NCBI GenBank assembly: GCA_010015585.1
Contig: ML975155.1
DNA: 64,000 bases
Strand: one strand, 5' to 3'
Source: Eremomyces bilateralis CBS 781.70
Lineage: Eukaryota
The notes under the pieces are model-generated. The model searched no databases. It was given only the letters and a program-made list of their open reading frames with translations, and was not told the origin of the DNA. Position numbers and translations under genes: made by a program. Below, one piece after another: positions 26,750 through 39,070 of the stretch (positions within the stretch are counted from its first letter, which is position 1; each line of letters starts with the position of its first letter).

Positions 26750-28205
26750 TCACCCGAAATCCACATCCATCTCCCCTTCATATCCCCCCTCCATCTCATC
26801 CGGATACACCACCTCCACCCGACTCCCCAACGCCTCCTTCCCTTGCCTCAACATCTCATCCATCTGCCGTTGCATCCGCCGCATCCGCTGCTCCTGCCGC
26901 TGCTCCCCATACTCTCGCTCCCGCAGATACCGCCGCGCCTCCGGGGATATGTTCGTCGGGCTGCCCCCCTCGGACCCCGCGCCCCCACCCACCCGGTGCA
27001 CGTCGAGACGCAGCTCGTGCGCCCGCGTCACGTCCCCTGAGAATGACCGTGCGTGGCCGAACGTTGGCGGCGCGTATGATGCGCGGCCGGAGCGCGAGGT
27101 GGGCCGCGAGGTGCCCGATGCGCGGACGTGGGTGGCGGCGGGGGAGCGGAGTGCTGCGCTGGAGGGGCGGGGATGTGCGGGGCGGGTGGGGCTGGGTTGT
27201 GCGCTGCGGCGGGTGCGAGGGGAGGAGGGAGATGGAGTGCGGTGGGGTGCGATGGAGGCCGTGGAGGGGTGGCGGGCGTGGAGGGGCGTGGCGGAGGGTT
27301 TGCGGCGGGAGATGGGAGTGAGGGAGGGGCGGGAGCGGCGGGGAGGGGCGGTAGTGGAGGAGAAGGGGGAGGGCGAGGGGTGGTGGTGAGCGGGTGCTTT
27401 CTCGACGACGACCCAGCCGGTGTTGGTATCGGTGTGCAGGCGTTTCGCGGGACGGGAGGAGAGGTAGTCGTCATCTTCTGAGGGATATTGGCCAGGGACC
27501 GGGGTGGCATCGCGCTCGAATCGGCGGATCGCGCCCGAATCCTCCTCCCAGTGGGACTCGTCGCCGTTCATGTCTGGGTCCGCGTCGTTGCCTGGCGACA
27601 GGTGATATCCCTGTCCGCCGCCGGCGTGGAACCCTTTAAAGGCGGCGCTACTGCAGAATTGCCAGACCTTCCCGGCGACGCCGCCCACGATCCCGAACAT
27701 AAACTTGCCCCATCCTCGCCCTGGGGCTGCGGAACCGCTGGGTGAGGACGGCGGGCTCTGTGCAACGTCCCTTATCTCCTTCACGATGTCGCCATCCCAC
27801 TTGCTCCTAAAGTTGACATCCGCCTGCGCACTGAAGTATTCGTCGCGGTCAAGCTGCCGCGACTGCGCTAGCAGTGGTGTATCCAACCCTCCGGCCAGGA
27901 TATACTTGGTGTTTACCATCGGCGGAGGGCTTCCGGTTTTCGTGGACCGCGCGATCGAGGAGTCGGCCATCGGAAAGTCGTTCCATGGCATGGAGATCTC
28001 GGAGTGGGCGTATGGCGTTGTGAATGAGTTCGTAGAGCGGTTCGAGGAGGGCTCAGGCCGTGAGCGTTTTCGGGAGTAGGAGGTATTGGGGGTCTGGAGG
28101 ATGTGGGATGTCCGGCCATGGCTTCCGCGTACGTGGGCAGCGCCTTCTCCGCTCATTGGGGTGAAGTAGTCAGGCATTTCTGGCGTGGTATTGCGCGCCT
28201 TCATC
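26750..28205 (-). CDS. Conserved fungal hypothetical protein (largely disordered)
   Basis: Long single ORF (first ATG near 28205) with blocks SPPPMVNTKYILAGGLDTP and GWGKFMFGIVGGVAGKVWQFCSSAAFKGFHAGGGQGY, and C-terminal coiled coil MRRMQRQMDEMLRQGKEALGSRVEV. Start uncertain. Confidence 0.78.
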
Positions 28206-28541
28206 GTTTCGCTGTAAATGTTTCTGAGGGTATACGTCGACAAGGCAGTTGTTCGACGTTCTCCACGCCACGCAATATCGCAAAGGATGGCAAGAGGCTA
28301 TTCCGCGCCAGTATGAATCATAGCTGCCTGAAAAAGCATACGGGGTATATGACTATTCGCCTTGTCGAGGCGGGGTTGGTTGCATGTGGTGATACGTCGT
28401 ACTCGCTCTTCCGGAGCTGGAGGAGCATGAGCTGATCGGAGATCCATAAAATGCCTTAGTGCCTAAGGCCAATTCATGCTTTGGTCAGCTGAGTCAGCCA
28501 GGTCTCCAGCACGTGATTTTATGCCTCAGAGCCTAAGGCTG

Positions 28542-29960
28542 CACTGCAAGGCGCCACAGCGCTTACTCAACCTACATATCGTGCCATTCAACACGACTTC
28601 AGCCTCACCTGCGTAGTACACCTTTCTATCACGAATTATACAACAATGCCTATCATGGAGGAGCCCAAACGTTCTGAATACGATACTATACGAAAAACGC
28701 GATTCTTTGATGCCTACGATACACTTCCGAAAAGCTCTTCTTTTAATAGTCTTTGTAAAAGAGAGGGAATAGAGATACCTCCATCAACAGGTCGATCTTG
28801 GCTGGAGCAACGCGAGCAATGTGGTCTAGCCGCATATCGTAAGACTCGTAAGCTTAGCACACGTCTCGGACAGCCCTCTCGAATAAGCGATTCAGATATC
28901 CATCGCTTATTTGATCCATCAAATCCTCTCCATTACCAACCGTACGATGAACAGGGCCTCGAATTCAATGTTAAAGGGAAAACAGTACAACGAAACGTAA
29001 AGGAACGGGCAGGAGCCCAACGATTTCGAAAGCCCTACGTCACAGCTATCTCCCCGGCACATAAAAAAAGACGGGTCTCGTTTGGTCAACGAAATAAGGG
29101 CGAAACATTGACGAGATTTTGGCGATACGTCTACTTCACGGACGAAGCCCATTTCAATTCTCGAGATCTCTCAGATCGACCTGAATATGAGCTTCGAGAT
29201 CCTGGGGTAAGTCAACATCCTCAAAATCTCCAGGAAACCGGGTCACTCCCACTCAATGTCACTGTTCACGTCGCGAGTGGTGTTTCGTACGACCACAAAG
29301 GTCCACTCGTCTTCTACAACGATCCAGCTTGTCCGACCGTCCCGAAATCCTACAGACCACGCGCCCCTCGCCGATCTAGCATTGAATCAGAAGAGCAACA
29401 TGCTGAAAACGTCCGAATCTTTCGAGAAGCAGCTGATCGACCAGAGGTCGAATCAAAGCCTAAAGGAAACTCTATGGGCCAGAGATTCTATCTAGAAGAG
29501 GTTCTTCCGCATCATATTAAGCATCTTAAGTGGCTCGAGGGTAAATATAATCGGAAGTTCTTCTTTGTTGAGAAAAACGACCCATCTCATGGAACTCGTT
29601 CTATGAACAATCCCGTTATACAACGAAAGAGAGATGAAGATCTCCTATTACTTGATTACCCCGCTCAATCATCTGGTCTAAGTCCACAAGAGCCAGTTTG
29701 GAGAGCGATGAAACAGGTGCTTCGAGGTGGATCATGGCATTCGGTGGAGGGATTTAAGCAAGCTATTCGGGCTGCCCATCGCTCGGTATCACAGCAATCA
29801 ATTCGTGGATATATTAGTGAGATGCCTCAGCGTTGTGAAAAGCTCATCGAGCTAAAAGGAGGCCGAATTCGCTCTGATAAGTGGTAGAAAATGAATAAAT
29901 TGATGAATCTGAGCCTTTCCCAAGCCCTCTAGACGATGAGTAAGCGTCCTCTTGCTGCCC
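28542..29960 (+). mobile_element. Tc1/mariner-type DNA transposon with degenerate terminal inverted repeats
   Basis: Left GCAAG..CGCTTACTCA (about 28546-28569) and right TGAGTAAGCG..CTTGC (29937-29955) are inverted copies flanking the transposase ORF. The ends are imperfect and no TA target duplication is evident. Confidence 0.7.
28646..29887 (+). CDS. Tc1-like DDE transposase (second catalytic Asp apparently substituted)
   Basis: 413 aa with N-terminal HTH region. Motifs WRYVYFTDEAHF, FFFVEKNDPSHG (cf. EDND.SH), YPAQSSGLSPQEPVWRAMKQ (cf. PAQSPDLNPIE) and C-terminal ISEMPQRCEKLIELKGG. Confidence 0.9.
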   Translation: MPIMEEPKRSEYDTIRKTRFFDAYDTLPKSSSFNSLCKREGIEIPPSTGRSWLEQREQCGLAAYRKTRKLSTRLGQPSRISDSDIHRLFDPSNPLHYQPYDEQGLEFNVKGKTVQRNVKERAGAQRFRKPYVTAISPAHKKRRVSFGQRNKGETLTRFWRYVYFTDEAHFNSRDLSDRPEYELRDPGVSQHPQNLQETGSLPLNVTVHVASGVSYDHKGPLVFYNDPACPTVPKSYRPRAPRRSSIESEEQHAENVRIFREAADRPEVESKPKGNSMGQRFYLEEVLPHHIKHLKWLEGKYNRKFFFVEKNDPSHGTRSMNNPVIQRKRDEDLLLLDYPAQSSGLSPQEPVWRAMKQVLRGGSWHSVEGFKQAIRAAHRSVSQQSIRGYISEMPQRCEKLIELKGGRIRSDKW

Positions 29961-32900
29961 TTTAACATCAAAACATCACGACATCGATCCAAAGTTCCCA
30001 ACTTTATTTTCACCCTCATTTCCAACTAGCTCATTGACCGGTTTGAAATCGTCTTTTATTAAATATATGAGGTAGCAAAAATCAAGGGCTTTGGCTCTAT
30101 CTTGTGGAATATGACAGGTAGGGGACATAAGTCATAACCCCCCGTCCACTTGGAGGCTTCGGGAGCCTTTCCTCTTGATAATCAGTCTTTATCGTCGCAG
30201 ATAAATCGATGGCACCAGATCTTCGAACTGATGTAGGCGAACTGAACTTCCGCCATCTTCTCAGCATCACTAATAATGTTGTTCTCCTTCGCTCATTTGA
30301 TTTCTTCCTTTCCTCTCCCTCAAAGTCCCCTCCAACTATTCCTAGCCCTTCGTCTGCATTGCAGTCATGTCAGTGGAATCGTCACTAAAAGAAAACATCA
30401 AACTTCTTGGTGCTACATAAACTCAATCTCTGCACCCTCGGCCTAACATTCTGCAATATGTGCATTATAATATGCCGATTTCCACAGTCTTCCGCTCACG
30501 TGGTCAAGTTCTGTGATAAACAGAGAGGGTGCCTTTCATCAGTTCTCCTACTTTTCATTACTTCCATTCCTTCACTCAACCTTCTACTTCTTATTTATCT
30601 CCCTCCCATTCCCCCTTCTTACTTTATTTCCTTAATTATACTTCCTCCTTCCTTCCTTTACTATTACTTTTCACTTTCTTCCCTTCCCTTCACTCCCAAT
30701 TCTCACTTCCGGTGACAAGTAGCTCAGTCAAGCTCGCTTGATTGAGTGAAACTATAGACCAACAAGCACATTTGCGACATTTATCTCCGGGGACTCACAC
30801 TTTCTGGATCTCAGATCCTCGTGCTCTCGCATGGATCTAGACAACTTTAGCTGTGGCATGCGTCTTCGAGGCCTCAATATTCTTGAGACCCATCTCCTCC
30901 TGAAGACCTAGGAGACCAAAAAGCGCAAAGATATGTCGTGATGTTGTCCGCATGGCAAGAGCCATTTCGGCGAACGAGTTCTTCCCGCCGATCTCATGCT
31001 TTCCTCCTGGACCCCGCGTATCAGCACCAATCCCGATCCTCGCAGGGTTGTTCTCCTCTCCGACTACACAGCGAAATCAGCAGAACATCTGGAGTGGGGT
31101 CTGGTCGTGAGACGTCCCTGGTATTCGAGAATCCGCGTGTGGATGATGTTTAGAGATAGCGAGACGCCTTGTCTAAGGACATGGGTACTTCGAAATTCGG
31201 ATTGGAGATTAGAGTGCGGTGAGCTACTGGAGTATGCCCTGTTCCAGCGTCTGGTTTCAAAACACACCTCATATCGGACTGGTGGGATCCTACGGGACAG
31301 TATGCAACCCCTGCTTGTGATGGTCTGGCGCGAAGGGCGGGAACCAAGTGGGATGATTTGCGAGTCGAAGAGCTAGGAGTAGGAGTCTATATCTGTTGTT
31401 TGTGGATTGGTAGATTCTTCTGTGGGCCATGCTCATCAATCGCAGTCCATTCTCCCATATTGCCGCCTCGTTTTACTTCTCCTCACGCTCTGTCGTTGTA
31501 TATCCTCCTTCCGATTTCAATCATTTATAGTAGTAGCTGCCTTCTCTGATAGTCTTGAGCTGCGCTCAGTCTGAATGTTGGCAGGCTGGGTACAGAGACC
31601 ACCCGTAGTGGCAAGCTGCGAGAGGGAGAACTCTCCTCCCCTTTTTCTTCAGCGATTCAACCTTTTCCGCCTCCAAAATCCTTTGTGGTTTCAGGCCATG
31701 ACATCTTCATCATTGAATGCCGTCAATCATTTATAGTAGTAGCAGCCTTCGGCTTTACTGTCGTCGTAGGCTGGGGGCGCACTTCCGTATACGCGAAGCC
31801 TCTGAAATCAGTTTAAGTTCATCAAGAGAAGTTGTCGTTTTCCTTTCCAATTTTTCAACTTCAGTACAGTCAGTCCAGTTCATCGCGGGGAGTTACTTGT
31901 CGTTTCCTTTTCAATTCGCAAATCCAGTACCACCAGTCCAGTTCACTTCGTGAACAGAGAGCCGCGGTCGTATTTACTTCGTAAACGGTATAGTTGCGTC
32001 ATCCATTGCTCTCATGCTTTCACTGTTCCCGTTGGCCACTCTCTCGTATGTTCTCTCTCACAATTAGTTTGATTATATAGTCGATAGTTCGACAACACGG
32101 GTTTGCCCAACTTTCAATGGTCCAACCATGCCTTAAAGTCCACCATGAGCGCAAGGCATACTGGGCGCATTCCATCCAAGATACTGCTCTCCGATTTTGC
32201 GCACTATAGCAGCATTTGCTTATGATGAAATATTGCGACGGAAATCTCCCAGACAGAAGTCCAAACTTTGTCAGACCAACAGTTGACATGCGAGGGGAAC
32301 CGGGTCGCTTCTTAAGCTCACTTAATAAAGGATTTGCCCCAGAGTCCTGGGACGAAAACACCCGCAACGAATTCTGGCAAGCCTATCGTGCATGCTGCCA
32401 TCACACGGTACGCTTGGCTAGAATTATCAGTGACGATTAGCTAGCAATCCGAGCCTCTTTATATTAGGAAAACATATAAAAGTATCAGAGTATACCGAAT
32501 TCGACTCATAGTTGGAAGTGTCTCTGTTAATTTAATGTATCTATTAATAGATCCATCAGAATGGACAATATAGCAAATTATTTTTATAGTACCGCATGGT
32601 AAGTTTCACCGCCACCTTTCTTTCTCCATCAAGTACACAGTTCTCCGCCACTTCTCATGTGAACTTTGGACGTACACTGGCTCTTGAACAGCACTCCCAC
32701 ATCGCATAGAGTTCTTTCGAAGGGGTTCAAAGACCTCTTCAAAGTGGTCCTGGAAGTTCCGCTCGAACACGATCACGGCCTTGTCCTTGATGACCTTCGG
32801 GTTTGGTATATTAGTCACCTTGGGTTCAGTATATCCAAGGCACCTCTTTCCAGCGCCGGGAGAACCTCTGGACACGAAGCTCTTTCAGAGCAGAGTCATA

Positions 32901-35220
32901 TCTTCGTGGGCAAGAGACGGGTCAAGAGCAGGGTGCAAGACCTTGCCCAACGGCGTCTAAAGGAATATTGCCATTGTTACTCCGTACAAGGCACAGAAAC
33001 AGACCTAGGCGATGAAATTGGGGGAGGTAGCCAGTGAACCTGTCAAGGCTCACTGCCTGGTGTGCTCAGACCGAACGAGATTATCAACTTCCTGTTAGAA
33101 ATCTGGATCTCCAGTCCGTCTCAGTCTCATGAGAAGGATAGTGGCCTTCGACGCCGTCATCAGTAATGTCAATAAGCCTGCTGCTCTTCGACGAGGTCAT
33201 TAGCAATGCTAATGAGTCTGGTGACTTCGGATTTCTGGTTGATAATATGAAGCTTCTGAACACCAGTTTCACTCGTGGAAGAGAAGTATTCTGTATGGTT
33301 GGCTCCGCTTTCCCATTCCATTGAACGAACTCAACTCTCCTTGCTATATGATGCAGTACAGACATGAATTGGTCGTCAAAGATCGGGTCACTAAAATCGA
33401 TGTCAGGCTATGAGCAGAACGAGACGAAATAAAGCGATGGGGGTCCGGAATACGAGGCGTCGGTCGGGTTTGGGCCTGAGAGTGACGACGACGGGGATGG
33501 GCGGTAGATAGGGTGCTGGGGGTTAACAGACCACAATTGTCAGCCATCAACAGAAAGGGCAGAGGATGTCTAAAGAATTGGACTCCCGTGGAACAGAACG
33601 AAGATGTCAGAAAACCGAAAATGGCGGGAAAAATATGGTCATGTACATTAGATCGATCACACGTAGGCAACGGGCAGACACTCAAAACTTAGAAGGACAA
33701 CCATGCTGTGCATGGTGGAGGAGGATCGGAATCTGAGCAACGGTTGAGGGAACCGAGATGTATACACTAGCTTAATCAATTTTACCCATCTAATAGCTCA
33801 CAGAATAAATGGTGGAACAGTGCATACTTACCGATCCAGAGGCGTTCAGCAGAACGAAATTGATAGCCCAGTGACCTCGAGACACGTCCCCGGCCCACGT
33901 AAGGCTGAAACTTCACAGATAACGGTTATGGGCTTTAACCCTGGGGTTGTGCTTCATGGTCATCCATTTCTTCTACCTTGATGGGCCATCAGAGTGGATG
34001 AAATCGATGGGCCTGCACACTTGACGGACTCCCCTAGGCTAAAGTTAGAATCGATTCAAGGATCTTAGAAGTCCGCTTGGGGATGTGTTTCGGGGTCCAG
34101 GTCTCCAGATAATCGATTTCGTCATCCCGGATAGAATCGCGACCGCCAATTGGCAACGCGAAAGGACGAAAGGAAGAGTAGGAAACCGGAACACTAGGGG
34201 GCGCGAAAAGGCTAACGTGACGCTTAGAAAACAATGCCGCACCCCAGATAAAGGAAATGCTTGATATCTTGAACTCCGCATTGCGGAGTGGCAACCCCCA
34301 AAGTCTCTGGTGGTAGTGTACCACGGGTGGATGAACGGAGATCCCATCTTCACATACGCGCTGTATGAAGCACGTGGCCAGTCAAAGTCGGGTACCCCTG
34401 AAACAATCAAATACCTTCTGTAGAAATCATCTGCCGAATTTCCTATCTTGAAGAGACGTTGTTTGGACACACGAAGTCTCGGTCCCGTGGCGTGGGAGCG
34501 CTCAAGGCGAGCCTGCTATGCACGTGGACTGCGGAGTATTACAGATATCCTCATTGAGTCATTTAGAGCACATTGGGAAACCGAAATACTCTCCGGACGA
34601 TTTTCGTATCGCTGGACAACGGCATACTATCTCCAGGTCTCGAGGCCATGCCACGAATGACGAAATGCGTGGAGTTCAGCTGCCGACGGGATCAACAAAT
34701 GCACTTTTGACACCATGGTCTGTACGTACGAAGCATGACAAACAACAGACGGCATATGAATCTATCATCATTCAGCTCGAAGTGGGGGATTCCATCCATA
34801 TCAAAGCCAAGATGATAGTTCTCGAAAATCTTAATGTTGACGTTCAGGAGGCTGACCGGGGATGTTGATGCATGTCTCGAAGCGGCCTAGTGTACGAATA
34901 GTTTCAGCGATCGCCACCAGGGACCCTCCCAATTTGCCCTCCTCGAGATCCCTGGTTCTCAACCCAGGAATGATCTTCGGGGATATCTTGGGGATCAGCG
35001 CGATTGAGGATGGAGATCGCGAACCCTTCCATCGGGACTTTGGTACTTCGTGGGATCGTTCGCCGATATCCAGGCGAGCCTTATCAGGAACAACTGAACA
35101 ATGGAATGTTCTGTGGAACAGAGAGATTTAGATCAGTACCATGCGAAGAGATAGGATAGAAAGGTAGGATTGTCCAATTGATACTGAAGACTTGGGGCGT
35201 GTATTCTTGATGATTTTGTC

Positions 35221-35228
35221 TATAAAAG
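35221..35228 (+). promoter_or_regulatory. TATA box of the repeat-peptide precursor gene
   Basis: TATAAAAG 155 nt upstream of ATG 35376, followed by a CT-rich leader and a CACCATG start context. Confidence 0.65.
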
Positions 35229-35375
35229 CCGTGTCAACGCGTCGTATTCAGTCTCCTTGTCTCTTTATCCGCATCGTTCAAGTTCAATCCTTCGCAAAGA
35301 GTCCTTCATTCCGGCTTCTCCAAGTCCTTCATCCTTCCTAGCCCTTCGTTATCGAAGACTACCCCTACCTTCACC

Positions 35376-36200
35376 ATGCGTACTCAACTCCTCGTCGCCG
35401 GCATTGCTCTGGCTGCCTCTGCGATGCCTCTTGAGGCTGCCACGCGGGTCGAGCGTCGCTCTCCATCCCCAGCTACCCCCGCCACACCCCTAGGTAGCCT
35501 CATCGACAAGCTCCTCAGCGCAGTTCCGCCTGTCGAGTTCGACCTTGGAGTCGGAGGCAAGCCTGAGAACGGGTCGACTGTTGAGCGTCGCTCACCAACC
35601 CCGGTCGAGCCAACTACCCAGCTGGGCAAACTCATCGATGGCCTCCTCAGTGCGGCCCCACCTATTGAGCTCGATCTTGAAATCGGCGGAAAGCCCGAGA
35701 ACAAGACTGCTACACGTCGCTCTCCATCTCCTGCTACCCCAAGCACTGCGCTCGGGACCCTCGTGGAGGACCTTTTGAGTAAAATCCCTCCTGCCGAGCT
35801 GGATCTCGGACTTGGCAGGCGTGCGCTCATCAGCCGTGCGGATATCGCTTCTGCCCTCCCAGATATCATTGGCACTGTTACCGACATTGTCACTGTCATC
35901 CTTGGCCACATCCCAGCCACCGATCTCAACCTGGGAGTCGGCAGGCGCGACGTCGCCAGCGCAGCGGCCATTACCACTATCCTCCCTGACCTCCTGAACA
36001 CGGTCACCGATGTTATCGGCGTCATCCTTAGCCACGCTCCTCCGGTTGAGCTCAACCTTGGTGTCGGCAAGCGTCAGGTCCCCAGTTCGGCAGACCTGAG
36101 TGCAACCGCCTCAGATCTTCTCGGCAGTGTTACAGATATCGTTGGTGTCGTTCTCAGCCACGTACCGCCGGCAGAGCTTGAACTTGAAGTCGGCAAATAG
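35376..36200 (+). CDS. Secreted Kex2-processed repeat protein (KEP); precursor of six related amphipathic peptides
   Basis: Signal peptide MRTQLLVAGIALAASA, then six repeats with a core like L..(L/V)..(L/I)LS..PP.EL.L.(V/I/L)G, separated by RR/KR sites. No Cys, intronless, coding-like codon usage. Confidence 0.9.
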   Translation: MRTQLLVAGIALAASAMPLEAATRVERRSPSPATPATPLGSLIDKLLSAVPPVEFDLGVGGKPENGSTVERRSPTPVEPTTQLGKLIDGLLSAAPPIELDLEIGGKPENKTATRRSPSPATPSTALGTLVEDLLSKIPPAELDLGLGRRALISRADIASALPDIIGTVTDIVTVILGHIPATDLNLGVGRRDVASAAAITTILPDLLNTVTDVIGVILSHAPPVELNLGVGKRQVPSSADLSATASDLLGSVTDIVGVVLSHVPPAELELEVGK

Positions 36201-36718
36201 GTGCCGAAGAGAAGGCACCGTGAGGCGCTCATGGAAGAATTAGAGAGCATCGGGCAACATCCTTACATGACGGCAAATACGGCGTTCTCATTCGCGATGA
36301 AGGACTAGAGAAATATGCTAGGCAATAAGACTTGTAATTAGGAAAATACTCCATGGACTCTTTCTTGTATATTTTTTTTATGAATGCCTGTTTTTCTGGG
36401 ATGCAATTGTGTGGATTCTGCAGCAATAGAGAACTGGATTCAACTTGATTTGATTCTCAAAATTACCGAAGGCTTTGAAATTTGAATGAATTGACATCAT
36501 GACGCTTCAAATGGGCTTATTGATAAGGCCCTGATCGACGTTGAACGTGGGGTTATCTTAGTACCTCGGGGGTGTCACGTCGACTGAGCGGCATTCAAGT
36601 TGCGTCGCATTCAATTTTCCGAGTTCAATTCACAACCATTGCTATCTTGTAGTTATATACCTCTAATTCTTTCACTTTTGAGAGTTCTAGCATTGCCACT
36701 ATACCGATAAAACGGAAT

Positions 36719-37447
36719 ATGGCAAATCTATTCGAAGAAGGGACCCAATCCCTTCTCCACGCCAGCGAGCATGTTTCGAGACGCACAGTTGGATACTTCA
36801 AGCGATTCTTGGATTGGGCGCTACAAGATAACGTTCTCGAAGTCGCAGTTGGGCTGATGTATGTGACGATTTTAGCTGTTCAGTCATTTCTTCCAGTCCC
36901 CTCTTCTACATGCCACGTCTCCTTCTCTCGTGTTACATCCGGTGTTTAACCTGCTACGCAGCATCGCTGCAGCCTTCACGGCGGTTGTGTCATCCCTCAC
37001 TACCGACATTATACTTCCTATTGTGTCACTTCTCCCCTTCTTCAATCGCAATCTAGATGAGAAATTTGCCATTCTTCGTGGTGGCCCGCATAGCGAACAG
37101 GGCTACAACACGATCAAACAAGCCCTCGACGATGGTGCCGTTGTATTCGCCTATGGATCCTTCCTCGATAAAGTGGTCCGTTTCATGGTGCTTGGATTGA
37201 CAATGTATGTCACCGCTCTTGTATACGGCTGGATGAGCAAAGATAACATCGTCCGACACTCGGTGCGATGCAAATATTGTCGGAAGAGGATCAGCGAGAA
37301 GGTGAGTGGAATCGATTCGAAGCGGTCGATCCGGAGATCACGACGCTGTGGGCAATCGTTTCTAACTTACCACGTTTTCATAAATGCCAGGCTACGCGAT
37401 GTTTCAACTGCACCAGCTGGCAGGATGGCAGGGAAGAAATCAACTAA
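36719..37447 (+). CDS. MscL-family (large-conductance mechanosensitive channel-like) protein with a C-terminal CxxC..CxxC motif
   Basis: FLDWALQDNVLEVAVGLIIAAAFTAVVSSLTTDIILPIV (MscL TM1 signature, cf. F...GNV.DLAVG.IIG.AF..IV.SLV.DII.P) and FAYGSFLDKVVRF (TM2). Introns 36859-36961 and 37302-37390. Spliced end CKYCRKRISEKATRCFNCTSWQDGREEIN*. Confidence 0.9.
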
Positions 37448-39070
37448 TTAACACGTCATGACGGGAACCGGGCAATATACCTTCCACGAATGTTCGATTT
37501 GTAGGGGTCTTTTCGCAATGAAGACATCCCAAACCGTTCGTCGTCGCACCGTGTCGGCGAGATTGCACTTTACAATTCACTTGGAAAGCTTATTATCGAT
37601 CGTCGTTGGGTTCGAAGACGAACAGCAATTTCATCTGAATTGCAGTCGCACGGAGGCCCTCACCGACATAATCTTAAACAATTTATATTGTGGCGCTTGG
37701 GTCCAGGTTCTGCTGCCGGCCCCTGCATCCTTCAAACGATTGCATACGAACAAGAAATCCTTGGATGCCATGTGACGATAATGGTCGGTCATGCGAATCG
37801 GGGGCAATTAATATATTCGATGGCGCTTGCTCGGGTCTAAGCACGAATAATGTCCAATTTGACTTGACCGTCCCCTCGGCCCCCGTAGTGCGGCACTGAA
37901 TGGGAGACGGACTGGGCGGAGCGCGGACAAGTTTTCCGAGAACCCGGAATTCAAAGTTGGGAAGCCATGATGAGGACTATTTATTTGAGTCGTCCTTAAC
38001 AGCAATAAGAGGAAGGTTTATACAGAAGTTGAAGCATCTTGCGTTTCACAGTCCTAAAGTTTGAAAGGCGGGGGTGGCAGAGAGTTGGACGGCGACACGA
38101 TGCCGACGCTAGTGGTCGGCAGATAGTGGAGCGCCTGGCCGCGGTCCGCCACTCCCCTTCGATATCATCCCCATAATCTCACCTCACCTATTCTCCACCC
38201 AAATAACCAGTGTGATATTCTTCCTCAGGCTTTAGTCAGTTTTTTATGCTTCCGAGAGAGCCCTTTTGATCAGCTGTATCGCATATTGGCCATATTTCGA
38301 AGGGAGAGGGCCTATTATCGCTCGGCAATCTTGACAACCCTCATCTATCGGCGTTCACCAATTTTGGCTGGTCCTCATGGCAAGCAATCATTCCCTTGAT
38401 GACTTTATCTCTCAGGAGTTATTACCCAACTCGGTAGATTAACGAAGAGGGCAGCAGTCCTGGCCGCCACCCTACCAATGAACATGCGAAGAATCAACCT
38501 GTATCCGTCTTAATATACCAATAAGGTTTGGCTGCAACTTACCCCCAGCATCGCTAGCTAGAAAGGGTTGTCATAACTTCCACGAATCCTCGTCGCTGTC
38601 CCATGCCCTCAGTCCCGGTTCGATATGCGTCTTGTTTATACCCATATACGAGTCTTTCATACGCTCCACGCGCTTCCCCGCAATGAAACAACCTGGATTC
38701 TACCCCTGATGCGCTCTGTCTCGTTCCTGTTCATGTGGGCTCACTGACCCCTTCTGGCTGCACGGGTCAACCGCTGTCGTTTAACTCTCGCGCATCCCTC
38801 TTCTTGCTGCTCCTTCTTCCCAAAATATCCTACATTCGGCCTCGCGAAACGACGCAGTCAGCGTGTTGGCCAGCTCATAACCTGTTGAAGACCGGCCTCA
38901 TCCTCGAACGTCCTTTTTCGAGTCCTCTGGATGTCGTGACCACTCTGTTATTCCTGTCCAATCCTGACATCACGACCGCGCCTTTGCCTCGGCCTGTGGG
39001 GGAACGATGAAAATGTCCACCTCTACCACCCAACACCGACAATAGTACGAATCGGCGACGGATCGCCATC

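Noticed and set aside
35384..36070. 228-aa antisense ORF over the KEP gene, considered as an antitoxin
   Set aside because: It mirrors the sense-strand repeats and has a Ser/Arg-rich, non-protein-like composition.
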